64,000 nucleotides of DNA from Vicinamibacterales bacterium (GTDB taxonomy: Bacteria; Acidobacteriota; Vicinamibacteria; Vicinamibacterales; UBA2999), in NCBI GenBank assembly GCA_035649395.1, contig DASRJR010000174.1, positions 94,878-158,877 of the forward strand. The letters run 5' to 3'. The notes beneath the pieces are model-generated. The model did no database searches. It worked only from the letters and a program-made list of their open reading frames with translations, and was not told the DNA's origin. This document shows, one piece after another, positions 28,363-38,172 of this stretch; the stretch's first letter is position 1, and every line of letters starts with the position of its first letter. The position numbers were made by a program, and so were the translations under genes.

Positions 28363-28905
28363 TTACCGCTCGGCGAGCTGGCCCTTGACCTTCGCCAATT
28401 GGGCGGCGACGCTGCCGTCGTATACCGTGCTGCCAATCCGCGTAATCACGCCACCGATAATCGAAGGATCCACCTTGGTTGTCATCGTCACGGCGCGCCC
28501 GGTGACCGAGGCGAGTCGTTCCTGCAGTTCGGCGACGCGTTGTGGCGGGAGCGGCGCGGCCGTCGTGACCTCCGCGCGAACGATGCGCCGATGCTCCAGG
28601 AGCCGCTCGCGGTAGACGTCGAGCAGATCGGGTAACAGCGGCAGTCGACCTCGCGCCGCCAGCAGTAACAACACTCGTGCCGCCGGCGTGTTCAGCGCAA
28701 GGCGTTCGACGACGCGTTGGACGACCGCCCGTTTGTCAGCTGCCGACACGACGGGGTTCGCCAGCACACGCTGCAAATCCGGATGACCCGCCACGACATC
28801 GACGAACGTCGCGAGCTCCTGTTCGGCGCGTTCGGGATCAGACTCCGTGATGGCTACGTCGAGCAGCGCTCTCGCGTATCGCGCTGCCGAGGCCCGCATG
28901 CTCAT
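28363..28905 (-). CDS. atpH: F-type ATP synthase delta (OSCP) subunit
   Basis: ARYARALLDVA...IIGGVITRIGSTVYDGSVAAQLAKVK, located upstream of atpA. Confidence 0.9.
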   Translation of the reverse strand: MSMRASAARYARALLDVAITESDPERAEQELATFVDVVAGHPDLQRVLANPVVSAADKRAVVQRVVERLALNTPAARVLLLLAARGRLPLLPDLLDVYRERLLEHRRIVRAEVTTAAPLPPQRVAELQERLASVTGRAVTMTTKVDPSIIGGVITRIGSTVYDGSVAAQLAKVKGQLAER

Positions 28906-29019
28906 GGTGTGTTCGGTCTGAAAGCGAGCTTGTACCTGAAAGGCACAAGCGTCTATTTATACCACGCGACGGGCCGGCACCGACAGTCGCGAATCGGGTC
29001 CGGTCGAGCCTCGTGCGGT

Positions 29020-29889
29020 TCAGCGGCGATCGACGATGAAGTCGAAGAGCCGATTGAGCTCGTCTTCGGACCCGAAGTCGATTTCGATCCGACCCCCTTT
29101 TCCGCGCCGTGATATCCGGACTTTCGCGCCGAGAGCGAAACGCATCCGGTCCTCCGCTGCACGGGTGTGCACATCCTTGGCTGGTTCCGTCGCCGGACGA
29201 GGCGATGTCGCGCCGGGGGCCGCGGCCATGCGTTTGACGAGCGCCTCGGTCTCCCGTACGGAGAGGCCACGTGCGATGACTTCGCGGGCGCCCTGCCGCT
29301 GCGCCGCGGGATCGTTGAGCGCGAGCAACGCACGCGCGTGTCCGGTCGAGAGCGCACCGGAGGCGAGGTCGCCACGCACCTCGTCGGGCAGTTTCAGGAG
29401 ACGGATGAAGTTTGCGACCGAACTGCGATCTTTGCCCACGGCCGCCGCGATCTGGTCCTGGGTCAACGAGAACTCGGACGCGAGGCGCTGATACGCGAGT
29501 GCCTCATCGACCGGGTTCAGTCCTTCGCGCTGGAGATTCTCAATCAGCGCCAGTTCGAGCACCTGTTTGTCGCCCGCTGACACTTCTCGCACGACCACTG
29601 GCACCGTTCGCAGGCCCGCGCGTTGCGCCGCTCGCCAGCGCCGCTCACCCGCGATGATTTGATAACGCTCCCCCGAACGTCGCACCAGAATCGGTTGAAT
29701 GACGCCGTTGGCTTTGATCGATGCCGCGAGTTCATCGAGTTTGGCGTCGTCCATCTGCAGTCGCGGCTGATGATCGTTCGGGGACAAGCGATCGACATCC
29801 ACTTCCAGCACGCCTGGCCGAACAGGCTCCGGGACGTCCGGGATGAGGGCGCTCAAACCTTTACCGAGTGCCGGACGACGTTCGAGCAT
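29020..29889 (-). CDS. parB: chromosome partitioning protein ParB
   Basis: LGKGLSALIP, NDHQPRLQMD, IQPILVRR...YQIIAGERRWRAA, and the HTH SVANFIRLLKLP. I prefer ATG 29889. Confidence 0.9.
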   Translation of the reverse strand: MLERRPALGKGLSALIPDVPEPVRPGVLEVDVDRLSPNDHQPRLQMDDAKLDELAASIKANGVIQPILVRRSGERYQIIAGERRWRAAQRAGLRTVPVVVREVSAGDKQVLELALIENLQREGLNPVDEALAYQRLASEFSLTQDQIAAAVGKDRSSVANFIRLLKLPDEVRGDLASGALSTGHARALLALNDPAAQRQGAREVIARGLSVRETEALVKRMAAAPGATSPRPATEPAKDVHTRAAEDRMRFALGAKVRISRRGKGGRIEIDFGSEDELNRLFDFIVDRR

Positions 29890-29906
29890 GACGTTGTCTC
29901 CTTCCC

Positions 29907-30695
29907 TCAGGCAGCGTGGCGCGCGAGCATCTCTTTCGCGAGCGCGACATACGCGGCGGCGCCCCTTGATTTCGCGTCGTAGAGCACGCATGGAATCCCG
30001 TGGCTCGGCGCTTCTCCCAGACGCACATTCCGCGGAATGATCGTGTTGAAGACCTTCTCCTTGAAGAACTCACGCACGTCACGTGCGACGAGTTGCCCCA
30101 GGTTCGTGCGATCGTCGTACATCGTTAGCAGCACGCCTTCGATGTCGAGACCGGGATTAAGACCACCACGTACGCGTCGCATCGTTCCGACGAGATCGGC
30201 CAAGCCTTCGAGAGCAAAATACTCGCAGTGCAGCGGGATGAGAACTGCGTCGGCCGCTACCAGCGCGTTGAGCGTCAAGAGACCCAGTGAAGGCGGGCAA
30301 TCGACGAAGATGTGGTCGAAGTTCGCGCGAAGCGGATCGAGGACGCGTTTCAGTCGATGCTCCCGCTCTGGCAAGCCGACCAACTCAATTTCCGCCCCAG
30401 TCAGGCTGCGGTCGGCGGGCATGATCGACAGGTTCGTCACGCTTGTGGGGACGATGAACGCCTCCGGAGCGGTATCCGTCAGCAGGGCCTCGTAGGTCGT
30501 TCCGGCTTCAGAGCGCTTGCCTTTCGTCCCGATTCCGCTGGTCAAGTTGCCTTGCGGATCGATGTCCACGAGGAGAACTCGTCGTCCTGCCAGGGCAATC
30601 GACGTCGCGAGGTTGATCGCGGTCGTCGTCTTTCCGACGCCGCCCTTCTGATTGGCAACCGCCACGATGCGGCCGTGGGGAGCTGAATCGGTCAT
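29907..30695 (-). CDS. parA: chromosome partitioning ATPase ParA/Soj
   Basis: The deviant Walker A is VANQKGGVGKTTTAINL. I prefer ATG 30695. The longer ORF (TTG 30845) would read through both parS sites. Confidence 0.9.
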   Translation of the reverse strand: MTDSAPHGRIVAVANQKGGVGKTTTAINLATSIALAGRRVLLVDIDPQGNLTSGIGTKGKRSEAGTTYEALLTDTAPEAFIVPTSVTNLSIMPADRSLTGAEIELVGLPEREHRLKRVLDPLRANFDHIFVDCPPSLGLLTLNALVAADAVLIPLHCEYFALEGLADLVGTMRRVRGGLNPGLDIEGVLLTMYDDRTNLGQLVARDVREFFKEKVFNTIIPRNVRLGEAPSHGIPCVLYDAKSRGAAAYVALAKEMLARHAA

Positions 30696-30761
30696 TAGGC
30701 CAAATGTGGTTGTGTGCTGGAAAGTTCTTATCTTGCAGGGTTGCGGCGATGACGTCAAGGC

Positions 30762-30777
30762 AGTTTCACGTGAAACG
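30762..30777. other. parS site 1
   Basis: AGTTTCACGTGAAACG has a perfect 14-bp palindromic core GTTTCACGTGAAAC and matches the consensus TGTTTCACGTGAAACA at 14/16. Confidence 0.75.
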
Positions 30778-30807
30778 AGCCCCCGAAAGTCTGGCGAATC
30801 GTTCCGG

Positions 30808-30823
30808 TGTTTCACGTGGAACA
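30808..30823. other. parS site 2
   Basis: TGTTTCACGTGGAACA matches the parS consensus at 15/16. It lies 46 bp from site 1, between the rsmG stop and the parA start. Confidence 0.8.
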
Positions 30824-30828
30824 CTTCC

Positions 30829-31488
30829 CTAGTGTGCGGCCCCAACGCGCCGTTTTCTCAAAACGGCAAGGGTGCTTGTGTGTGAGTCGAGCAGAGGATG
30901 AGAAGCTGACAAGAACAGCGGCGGGGTGATCACCATTGAACCGCTCTGGCCGGACCGGAACAGGAAGAGCTCGCCGTCCGGTTTCACGAACGCCTGGAGG
31001 CTCATCAGCACACGCTGCTCGACTCGAACGGCTCGAATCGTCAGCAGATCATGCGCCTCGTGCAAGTCAGGGCGCGCCAGGAGTTCCTCATAACGAGCTG
31101 TCGCGACCTCGGCATTCGAAACGTCGAGCGCTCGGATGGCCTCTTTTAGAAACACGGCCTTCCGAGTCTTTGCTTCGACGAGGAGTACGCGCATTTGTGG
31201 GTGTGACAACAACAGCGGAATCCCGGGTGAGCCTCCCCCGCTCCCAATATCGATGGCACGGGCTGCCCTTGGCGCGATGTGCTTGCCCGCTTGGAGAGGC
31301 TCAATAAACAGCCTGTCGATGGCGGCGGGGGTTGGATCCGACAAATCGAAGCCGGTCAGGTTCATCTTGCCGTTCCAAGTCGCGAGCAGTTCGAAGTACG
31401 TCGCAAGTCTGGACTTGAGCTCCGAGTCTATCGTGAGGCCCGCGCGACGAATCCGACGGCTCAGGCGATCCTGAAACTCGCGACTCAA
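30829..31488 (-). CDS. rsmG: 16S rRNA (guanine527-N7)-methyltransferase
   Basis: NLTGF...IDIGSGGGSPGIPL is a SAM-binding motif. The TTG start overlaps the mnmG stop in a TTGA junction. Confidence 0.9.
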   Translation of the reverse strand: MSREFQDRLSRRIRRAGLTIDSELKSRLATYFELLATWNGKMNLTGFDLSDPTPAAIDRLFIEPLQAGKHIAPRAARAIDIGSGGGSPGIPLLLSHPQMRVLLVEAKTRKAVFLKEAIRALDVSNAEVATARYEELLARPDLHEAHDLLTIRAVRVEQRVLMSLQAFVKPDGELFLFRSGQSGSMVITPPLFLSASHPLLDSHTSTLAVLRKRRVGAAH

Positions 31489-33341
31489 TTCGCCGCCTGA
31501 GTGTGAGTATCAGAGGAGAGCCTGGTCAAGAACACCGCGAGCACCGCAACGGCAGCGGGCGTGACGCCGGGAACCCTCGACGCCTGCCCCAGAGTCGTGG
31601 GGCGTACCTGGGACAGTCGTTGTACGACTTCCCTCGACAGTCCTGGGACCTTGGAGAACGGGAAAGAAGCCGGGATGACACGTCGTTCCTCGCGCTTCAA
31701 CCGCTCCGCCCGAGCGAGTTCCTGCTTCAGATAACCGGCGTACTTGACGGCTGTTTCAACGCTCGCAGCATCCAGCTCAGAATCGACGTCCAGCGGTAGC
31801 CCTTTTTCAATCAACGACTGCAGGCGGACCTGCGGTTGTCGCAGCAACTCGCGCGCGGGGATCCGAGTCCCGTTCGTGTTTTCCACAGAAGCTCGATCGA
31901 TGACGGCGAGGTTTCGTTCGTACCGCTCGCGACGATCCGAAAACCTCGCCCATCGCTCGTCATCCACCAGGCCAACCTGACGTCCCCTATTCGTGAGACG
32001 GAGATCCGCGTTGTCGATGCGAAGCAAGAGGCGATGCTCAGCGCGAGACGTGAACATGCGGTAAGGCTCCAGACATCCTCGCGTCACTAGATCATCAATG
32101 AGCACGCCGATGTAAGCCTCATCACGCGAGAGGACGAATGGCGGCCGTTTCGAGACGGCAGATGCGGCGTTGATGCCCGCGATCAGCCCCTGCGCCGCGG
32201 CTTCCTCGTAGCCGGACGTTCCATTGAGTTGTCCCGCCAAGAACAATCGGCCCACTCGATGGGTCTCCAGCGTCGCGCGGAGCTCCGTTGGCTGGACGAA
32301 GTCATATTCGACTGCGTAGCCCGGTCGAAGCAACCGGGCGGACTCCAGCCCGGAGAGCGAGTGGATCAGATCCTCTTGGACCTCTCGAGGCAGAGACATC
32401 GAGAACCCGTTGACGTAGACATCGTCGACGTCCAGTCCTTCAGGCTCGAGATAGATCTGGTGCCGCTCGCGGTCGGGAAAGCGCATCACTTTATCTTCGA
32501 GAGAAGGACAGTAGCGAGGGCCGATCCCTTTGATTTGTCCGTTGAATAACGGGCTCTCGTCGATGTGACGTCGCACGAGCGTCTTCACGCGCTCGTTGGT
32601 GTGAAGAAGCCAGCAGGAGGCGCGATTTCGAAGAACACCCCGAGTCTGATATGAGAACGGGACCGGGTGATCATCGCCACGCTCCTCGGCGAAGAGGCCG
32701 GCACGAACGCACGCATCGAAATCGATCGTCCGGCGGTCGAGCCGCGGCGGCGTTCCTGTCTTCAGACGACCCATCTGAAATCCGAGCGCCCGAATCGAGT
32801 CAGCGAGTTCACGAGAAGGCGGCTCGCCGTGACGTCCGGCGGCCCGCTGCTCTCGCCCGACGTGAATCAGCCCGTTGAGAAACGTGCCCGTCGTGATGAC
32901 GAGCGCTTCACACCGATGGATGTCGCCGTCTTCCATCGCGAGACCGACTGCGCGCCCACTCTCAACGAGAACTTGCCCTGCGGCACCGATCAGCCATTCA
33001 ATGTTGGGTTGTTGCCCAATTTCACCGCACACCCACTCGCTGTAGCGACGCTTGTCCGCTTGGGCGCGAGGAGACCACACCGCCGGACCTCGGCTCCGAT
33101 TCAGCAGCTTGAATTGAATGCCTGTCGCGTCAGCGGCGAGTCCCATCAGCCCACCGAGCGCGTCGATCTCCCTGACGAGATGCCCCTTTGCAGTCCCACC
33201 GATCGCGGGGTTGCACGGCATCTGCGCTACGGTGTCCCGCGACAGCGTGCAGAGACCGACATGACACCCCCTGCGTGCCGCCGCAAACGCGGCTTCGACG
33301 CCGGCATGGCCCGCGCCGACGACGATGACGTCGAAATGCAT
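31485..33341 (-). CDS. mnmG: tRNA uridine 5-carboxymethylaminomethyl modification enzyme
   Basis: FDVIVVGAGHAGVEAA, NPAIGGTAKGHLVREIDALGG and RPGYAVEYD. I prefer ATG 33341. Confidence 0.95.
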   Translation of the reverse strand: MHFDVIVVGAGHAGVEAAFAAARRGCHVGLCTLSRDTVAQMPCNPAIGGTAKGHLVREIDALGGLMGLAADATGIQFKLLNRSRGPAVWSPRAQADKRRYSEWVCGEIGQQPNIEWLIGAAGQVLVESGRAVGLAMEDGDIHRCEALVITTGTFLNGLIHVGREQRAAGRHGEPPSRELADSIRALGFQMGRLKTGTPPRLDRRTIDFDACVRAGLFAEERGDDHPVPFSYQTRGVLRNRASCWLLHTNERVKTLVRRHIDESPLFNGQIKGIGPRYCPSLEDKVMRFPDRERHQIYLEPEGLDVDDVYVNGFSMSLPREVQEDLIHSLSGLESARLLRPGYAVEYDFVQPTELRATLETHRVGRLFLAGQLNGTSGYEEAAAQGLIAGINAASAVSKRPPFVLSRDEAYIGVLIDDLVTRGCLEPYRMFTSRAEHRLLLRIDNADLRLTNRGRQVGLVDDERWARFSDRRERYERNLAVIDRASVENTNGTRIPARELLRQPQVRLQSLIEKGLPLDVDSELDAASVETAVKYAGYLKQELARAERLKREERRVIPASFPFSKVPGLSREVVQRLSQVRPTTLGQASRVPGVTPAAVAVLAVFLTRLSSDTHTQAAN

Positions 33342-33357
33342 CGGGAAGATCTTTACT

Positions 33358-34704
33358 TCATTTTCCGATGCAGAACCTGTCGAAGATGTGGCGCAGCACT
33401 TCATCGCTCGCGCGAATGCCGAACACTTCGTCGAAGCTCGATCGGGCAGCGTGGAGATCCGAGAGCACGAACTCTTCCGGAACATCACCATCGATCAACG
33501 CGCCGTGCGCACGAGTGAGATGCTCGCGCGCCCGTTCCAGCAACTGCGCGTGCCGAACATTGCTGACGATCGCGCTATCGTGAAGAGCCTCGTCTCCGGT
33601 CAACTCCCGCACCAGCGCAGCTCGGAGCTCCTGCAGACCAACGTCAGCAGTCGCCGACACTCGAAACATCTCGCTCGTGTCGAACGCCGCACCACGGTCG
33701 CACTTGTTCGCGACGATGACACGACGCCGCGATTCTGTGTCATCGAGTAGTTGTCGATCGTCTGGCGTCAACGGTTCGCTCTGATCGAGCACGACGATCA
33801 AGACGTCGGCGACGGCACGCGCGCCCACGCTGCGAGCCACGCCTTCGCGTTCGACGATGTCGACCGTCGTTCTGACTCCCGCAGTATCGACGAGCCTCAC
33901 GGCGAGCCCATTCATGTCGACCGTCTCACTCACGAGGTCTCGCGTCGTTCCAGGCACGTCCGTCACGATCGCGCGTGGCTGACCAGCGAGCGCGTTGAAC
34001 AGGCTTGACTTGCCGACGTTCGGACGGCCAACGATCACGACGGTCGCGCCTTCGCGAATGATGCGACCGCGGCGCGCACCTGTCAGCACACGGTCGATCT
34101 GTGCGATCACGGTGGCGATCTGTGCGCCCGCGTCGCCAGGCTCGACAAAGTGATAGCCCTCTTCTGGAAAATCGAGCGAGGCCTCGAGCCGTGCGATGAC
34201 GTCGAGCAACTGCGCGTCGAGGCGACCAATGCAGCTGGTGAGCGAGCCCTCGAGTTGATCGAACGCGACCCGTGCCTGAAGTGGCGTCGCCGCGTCAATG
34301 AGGTCTGCGACCGCCTCGGCTTGCGCCAGATCGATTCTGCCGTTCAGGAACGCGCGAAACGTGAATTCACCGGGACGGGCGAGTCTTGCACCGGCATCGA
34401 TGGCACCGCGCACAATCGCATCGAGCACAACCGGACTTCCGTGTGCGCTCAGCTCAATCACGTCTTCGCCGGTGTACGACCGTGGTCCGGGAAAGAACGT
34501 CGCGACGATCTCGTCGCGGACACATGACCGGTCGTCTCGGGCTCGCAGAGTTGCGAAGGTGGCGCGACGTGCGATCAGTACTCGGCAGTCGAGAATCTGG
34601 CCGGCGATGTCAGCGGCCAACCGGCCACTGATGCGGACCACACCGAGTCCGCCGCGTCCGGGCGGCGTTGCGATCGCAACGATGGTGTCGTCGGGCGAGA
34701 ACAT
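33358..34704 (-). CDS. mnmE: tRNA modification GTPase
   Basis: DTIVAIATPPGRGGLGVVRISG, G1 motif GRPNVGKSSLFNAL, and the C-terminal CIGK. Confidence 0.95.
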   Translation of the reverse strand: MFSPDDTIVAIATPPGRGGLGVVRISGRLAADIAGQILDCRVLIARRATFATLRARDDRSCVRDEIVATFFPGPRSYTGEDVIELSAHGSPVVLDAIVRGAIDAGARLARPGEFTFRAFLNGRIDLAQAEAVADLIDAATPLQARVAFDQLEGSLTSCIGRLDAQLLDVIARLEASLDFPEEGYHFVEPGDAGAQIATVIAQIDRVLTGARRGRIIREGATVVIVGRPNVGKSSLFNALAGQPRAIVTDVPGTTRDLVSETVDMNGLAVRLVDTAGVRTTVDIVEREGVARSVGARAVADVLIVVLDQSEPLTPDDRQLLDDTESRRRVIVANKCDRGAAFDTSEMFRVSATADVGLQELRAALVRELTGDEALHDSAIVSNVRHAQLLERAREHLTRAHGALIDGDVPEEFVLSDLHAARSSFDEVFGIRASDEVLRHIFDRFCIGK

Positions 34705-34757
34705 GGTGCGTCCTGGTGCGCCCGCGCGAGCCGAGCATGATGCGTCGTGATGAGACG

Positions 34758-35240
34758 CTATCGCCGGGCGGAAATGATCACGGTCTTCATGAACGCATCG
34801 CCGATGCTCTCCGAGCTGACCGTTGGATCTTCGGCAATCGCCATGTGCACGATCCGCCGCTCGTATGGATTGAGCGGACCCATCTCCTGCGGGACGCCGC
34901 TCGAGCGCGCCTTGTCGGCGACGAAGCGAGCCATCTGGCGGATCTCTGCGTCCTTGTCTCTTCGAAAGCCGTTGCAGTCGACGACGATGCGATTGTCGTC
35001 GCCGAGCTGCTTGCGAAAGGCGGTCGCGACGATGTGCTGCAACGCCTGCAAACCCTGCCCGCCGCCGCGAATCAACAGGCCGCCGTCCTCACCCTCGAGA
35101 TTGATCCGGGCCGCTTCTGGCGTCTCCTCCACGTGAGCGCGCAGCGACATGCCCATCGCGTCCACCACATTCTGCAGGAACGACACGATCTGTCCGGAGA
35201 GCGCCTCGTTAATCCCGCGATGATCCTGGTTCGTGTTCAC
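34758..35240 (-). CDS. Jag/KhpB-like RNA-binding protein (KH + R3H, no Jag_N)
   Basis: LLIRGGGQGLQALQHIV is KH-like and LNPYERRIVHMAI is R3H. I infer the start at GTG 35240, just after the yidC stop; this is uncertain. Confidence 0.7.
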   Translation of the reverse strand: MNTNQDHRGINEALSGQIVSFLQNVVDAMGMSLRAHVEETPEAARINLEGEDGGLLIRGGGQGLQALQHIVATAFRKQLGDDNRIVVDCNGFRRDKDAEIRQMARFVADKARSSGVPQEMGPLNPYERRIVHMAIAEDPTVSSESIGDAFMKTVIISARR

Positions 35241-35262
35241 GTCTGGCTCGCTGTCGAAAGAA

Positions 35263-37038
35263 TTAGTTCTTGTTCTCCGCACCGGCGGTTCGCCCCGCAC
35301 CGGCACTCTTGATCCGGCGCGGATCTGGTGCTGGCGCGGCGACGACCGGCTGCGGCCGACCAATCCACCAATTCGTAAAGTACTGCTGACCGATCGCGAA
35401 GAGATTACCAACGAACCAATACAACACCAGCCCGCTGGGAGCGGCGAGGAACATGACGCCGAACATCAGCGGCATGATCATCATGATTCGCTGCTGCGCA
35501 GGGTCCGCCGTCGATGGCGTAATCCGCTGCTGCCAGAACATCGTCAGCGCCATGAGAATCGGCGTGATGTAGTACGGATCGCGCTCAGAGAGATCGGTAA
35601 TCCAGAAGCCGAACCGGGCGCCGCGAAGCTCGATCGCTTGCGACAGCAGCGAGTAGAACGCAAACAAGACCGGCAGCGTGAGCAGCATGGGGACGCAGCC
35701 ACCCGCCGGGTTGACGCCCTTCTCCCGATACAGACTCATGATCTCCGAGTTCATCTTCTGCCGTTCGGGGTCGGTCACTTTCAAGCCCGCGTAGCGGTCT
35801 TGAATGGCCTTCAGCTGCGGCTGCAGTACCTGCATCTTCCGCATCGAGACGACACTCTTGTGGCGTAGCGGGAAGATCGCGAGGTTGATCAGAATCGTCA
35901 GGACGATGATGGCCCAACCCCAATTGCCGATATAGCCGTGAACCCATTTCAGCGCGTCCAGCAGCGGCTTGGCCAGGAATCCGAACATGCCGAAGTTGAT
36001 GGCTCGGACGAACACCGCGCCTTGTCCGATGCTGCGGTCCACGGCCTGAAGCTGATCGAACTGCTTCGGACCGACGAAGAACTGCAGTTGCTGCGGCGGC
36101 TGAGGCAACCGGATGGATGTTGAGACAAGCTGCCGCTGTGTCTGATTAAGCCCTGGCAGCGTCACGGCTTGGTACTCGACGCGTGCCTGGCCGGGCATCA
36201 CCGCCACAGTCAAGAAGTAATGGTCGTCGATGCCGGCAAACTGAAACGCCGCCTCGTGAACAGGTTGCCCCGCAATACTGCCGATCGGAATGCGCGTGGC
36301 GGATCCGTCGCGGAAGTAGATCGCCTGCGGCGGTTGGGTGTAATTGCCGGTGAAGTAACTTCCTCCACCGGAGACCGCACCGATATCTCCCAGTCCAGGG
36401 CCCCACGCGATCGTCGGATTCAGTGGCTGACCACCGCTCGTGACGATGGGCGACACGCCGATGAGGTATTGCTTGGGATCGAACCGAAACTCTTTGCGGA
36501 CCTGCAGGCCAGCAGCATCCTGAAATTCGAAGACGAGAGAGCCTGCCTGGGTCCTCGCGTTGAGACGCCCCGAGGTGTCACCGCTCACTCGATAGATTGC
36601 GTTGTTCAACCGCTCGGTCAGTTCGGCGTCGTCGACCACCAGTGAAAACGGCTTCGGTAGATTTGGCGGGACGTTCGAGGGGACCAGGTCGACAGGGTTA
36701 CCGCTGCGGTCACGATAATCGTGCAACTGCCAGTGCAGCAGCCGCCCACCCCGATTCGTGAATACCGCCTTGACGGTTTCGGTATCGACGACGATTTCAC
36801 GTTCGGAGCCCTCGGAGACTACCGGTTCGTGGATTGATTGCTCCGGCAATGGTGCAACGTCCGGAGCGGCCACGGCTCGTGGCGCTTCCGGTACCTGTGC
36901 GGGAGCGGGTGGTGGTTGAGTCGTTGCACTTTGCTTCTGCGCAGTGCCGTTCGTAGGGGGCCGTGGGACGAAGAGCGCCTGATAGCCGTACAGAACGACG
37001 ATCGACAGAAGAATGGCGATGAAGAACCTGCGTTCCAT
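35263..37038 (-). CDS. yidC: membrane protein insertase YidC
   Basis: 591 aa with an N-terminal TM segment, a large periplasmic domain, and the conserved C-terminal core (GWAIIVLTILINLAIFPL, KVNPAGGCVPMLLTLPVLFAFY). Confidence 0.95.
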   Translation of the reverse strand: MERRFFIAILLSIVVLYGYQALFVPRPPTNGTAQKQSATTQPPPAPAQVPEAPRAVAAPDVAPLPEQSIHEPVVSEGSEREIVVDTETVKAVFTNRGGRLLHWQLHDYRDRSGNPVDLVPSNVPPNLPKPFSLVVDDAELTERLNNAIYRVSGDTSGRLNARTQAGSLVFEFQDAAGLQVRKEFRFDPKQYLIGVSPIVTSGGQPLNPTIAWGPGLGDIGAVSGGGSYFTGNYTQPPQAIYFRDGSATRIPIGSIAGQPVHEAAFQFAGIDDHYFLTVAVMPGQARVEYQAVTLPGLNQTQRQLVSTSIRLPQPPQQLQFFVGPKQFDQLQAVDRSIGQGAVFVRAINFGMFGFLAKPLLDALKWVHGYIGNWGWAIIVLTILINLAIFPLRHKSVVSMRKMQVLQPQLKAIQDRYAGLKVTDPERQKMNSEIMSLYREKGVNPAGGCVPMLLTLPVLFAFYSLLSQAIELRGARFGFWITDLSERDPYYITPILMALTMFWQQRITPSTADPAQQRIMMIMPLMFGVMFLAAPSGLVLYWFVGNLFAIGQQYFTNWWIGRPQPVVAAPAPDPRRIKSAGAGRTAGAENKN

Positions 37039-37047
37039 GAGGAGTGT

Positions 37048-37269
37048 CTATGTGCCCGGCGGCACGGGATCGAAGCCGTGTCCGCCAAGAGGCCGACAGC
37101 GCATCAGACGACGGAGGCCCAACCAGGTTCCACGCACAGCTCCGAAGCGGCGCACGGCCTCCGCCATGTAATCCGAACATGACGGCTCGAAGCGACAGGA
37201 ACCCGTAAATAACGGAGAAACAAGCAGTTTATACGCTCGTAACAGTACGAGGACGACCGTGACGGCCAC
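37048..37269 (-). CDS. yidD: membrane protein insertion efficiency factor YidD
   Basis: LLRAYKLLVSPLFTGSCRFEPSCSDYMAEAVRRFGAVRG...GGHGFDPVP. I infer the start at GTG 37269, which overlaps the rnpA 3' end. The ORF opens at 37356. Confidence 0.75.
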   Translation of the reverse strand: MAVTVVLVLLRAYKLLVSPLFTGSCRFEPSCSDYMAEAVRRFGAVRGTWLGLRRLMRCRPLGGHGFDPVPPGT

Positions 37270-37636
37270 CGGGACGCCGGTTTGGCGATGATTGCCCCCG
37301 ATCGCGCCGTTCGAGAGCGGCGATGTAGTCGGCTTCAAGGGTAACGAACGGAGCATCGAGCATTTCCCGGCGTGGCACGATGACGATGTCTAGGCCAGCG
37401 CGGATCTTGTGTCGCCTGAAGACCTCGCGCGCCAGCCGTTTTGCGCGATTTCGTTCGACCGCCGATCCGAGTTTTCTCGTGGCCGCTACACCCAGACGAG
37501 AGGACGGACCGCCGTTGCCCACGACGAAGAGCGTCATGAAGCGCGCGTGGATCCGGACCCCGGTAGAGTAGGCGCGTTCGAAGTCGGGCCGGCGGCGGAC
37601 CCGCTCGGCGGGCGCCAATCCGTGGCCCTGCCCCAT
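37229..37636 (-). CDS. rnpA: ribonuclease P protein component
   Basis: RLGVAATRKLGSAVERNRAKRLAREVFR matches the RnpA pattern. The start is 3 nt after the rpmH stop. Confidence 0.85.
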   Translation of the reverse strand: MGQGHGLAPAERVRRRPDFERAYSTGVRIHARFMTLFVVGNGGPSSRLGVAATRKLGSAVERNRAKRLAREVFRRHKIRAGLDIVIVPRREMLDAPFVTLEADYIAALERRDRGQSSPNRRPGGRHGRPRTVTSV

Positions 37637-37639
37637 CGA

Positions 37640-37792
37640 TCAGCGCTCGTCGGCGACCGTCAGACGCTTGCGGCCCTTGGCTCGGCGGCGCTTCAACACG
37701 ATGCGGCCGTTCTTCGTTGCCATACGTACGCGGAAGCCGTGGGTCTTCTTCCGGCGGCGGACATTAGGCTGAAAAGTGCGCTTTCCCTTCAT
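37640..37792 (-). CDS. rpmH: 50S ribosomal protein L34
   Basis: Below the ORF-track size cut-off. My translation is [50 protein letters not shown]. Confidence 0.9.
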   Translation of the reverse strand: MKGKRTFQPNVRRRKKTHGFRVRMATKNGRIVLKRRRAKGRKRLTVADER

Positions 37793-37847
37793 CTCGTTTG
37801 GGGTCCTATGTGTCCCAAGACCCTCCGGGGCGCCGGAGGAAATTTCA

Positions 37848-37877
37848 ATAGTAGTCGGCGCTTACCGGGACTGTCAA
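37848..37877 (-). promoter_or_regulatory. sigma-70-type promoter candidate for rpmH
   Basis: The minus strand reads TTGACA (37877..37872), an 18-nt spacer, then TACTAT (37853..37848). A 7-bp hairpin (37822..37839) lies in the predicted leader. Confidence 0.45.
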
Positions 37878-37964
37878 AGGATCTGAGTCGGACCCGCCGC
37901 TCTGTGCTACAGTCGCGGGCGCTCTTGAGAGGGTAGCGAAAGCGGCTTCGGTTTCTTCCCCAAG

Positions 37965-37996
37965 ATTTCCACAGGTGTGGAAAACATTGTGGAAAA
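37965..37996. other. cluster of three DnaA-box-like 9-mers (oriC element and/or dnaA autoregulation)
   Basis: ATTTCCACA (37965-73) matches TTATCCACA at 7/9. TGTGGAAAA at 37976-84 and at 37988-96 is the reverse complement of TTTTCCACA and matches at 8/9 each. Confidence 0.6.
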
Positions 37997-38172
37997 CGCA
38001 CCGTCGAGTTAGTTTGCCCAGAAAAGAGCCTGTTTTCCGCTAGTACGGCGCGCCCGTCGGTCTGAATTCCGGGGTTTTTCGGGCCTTCTGCCCTCGAGAA
38101 GCTTCGCTTCATGCGCCACCGGCCGCTCTTGCAGGCGAAAGTCACATTTCCCGAAGGTTGACACCCGTGATC

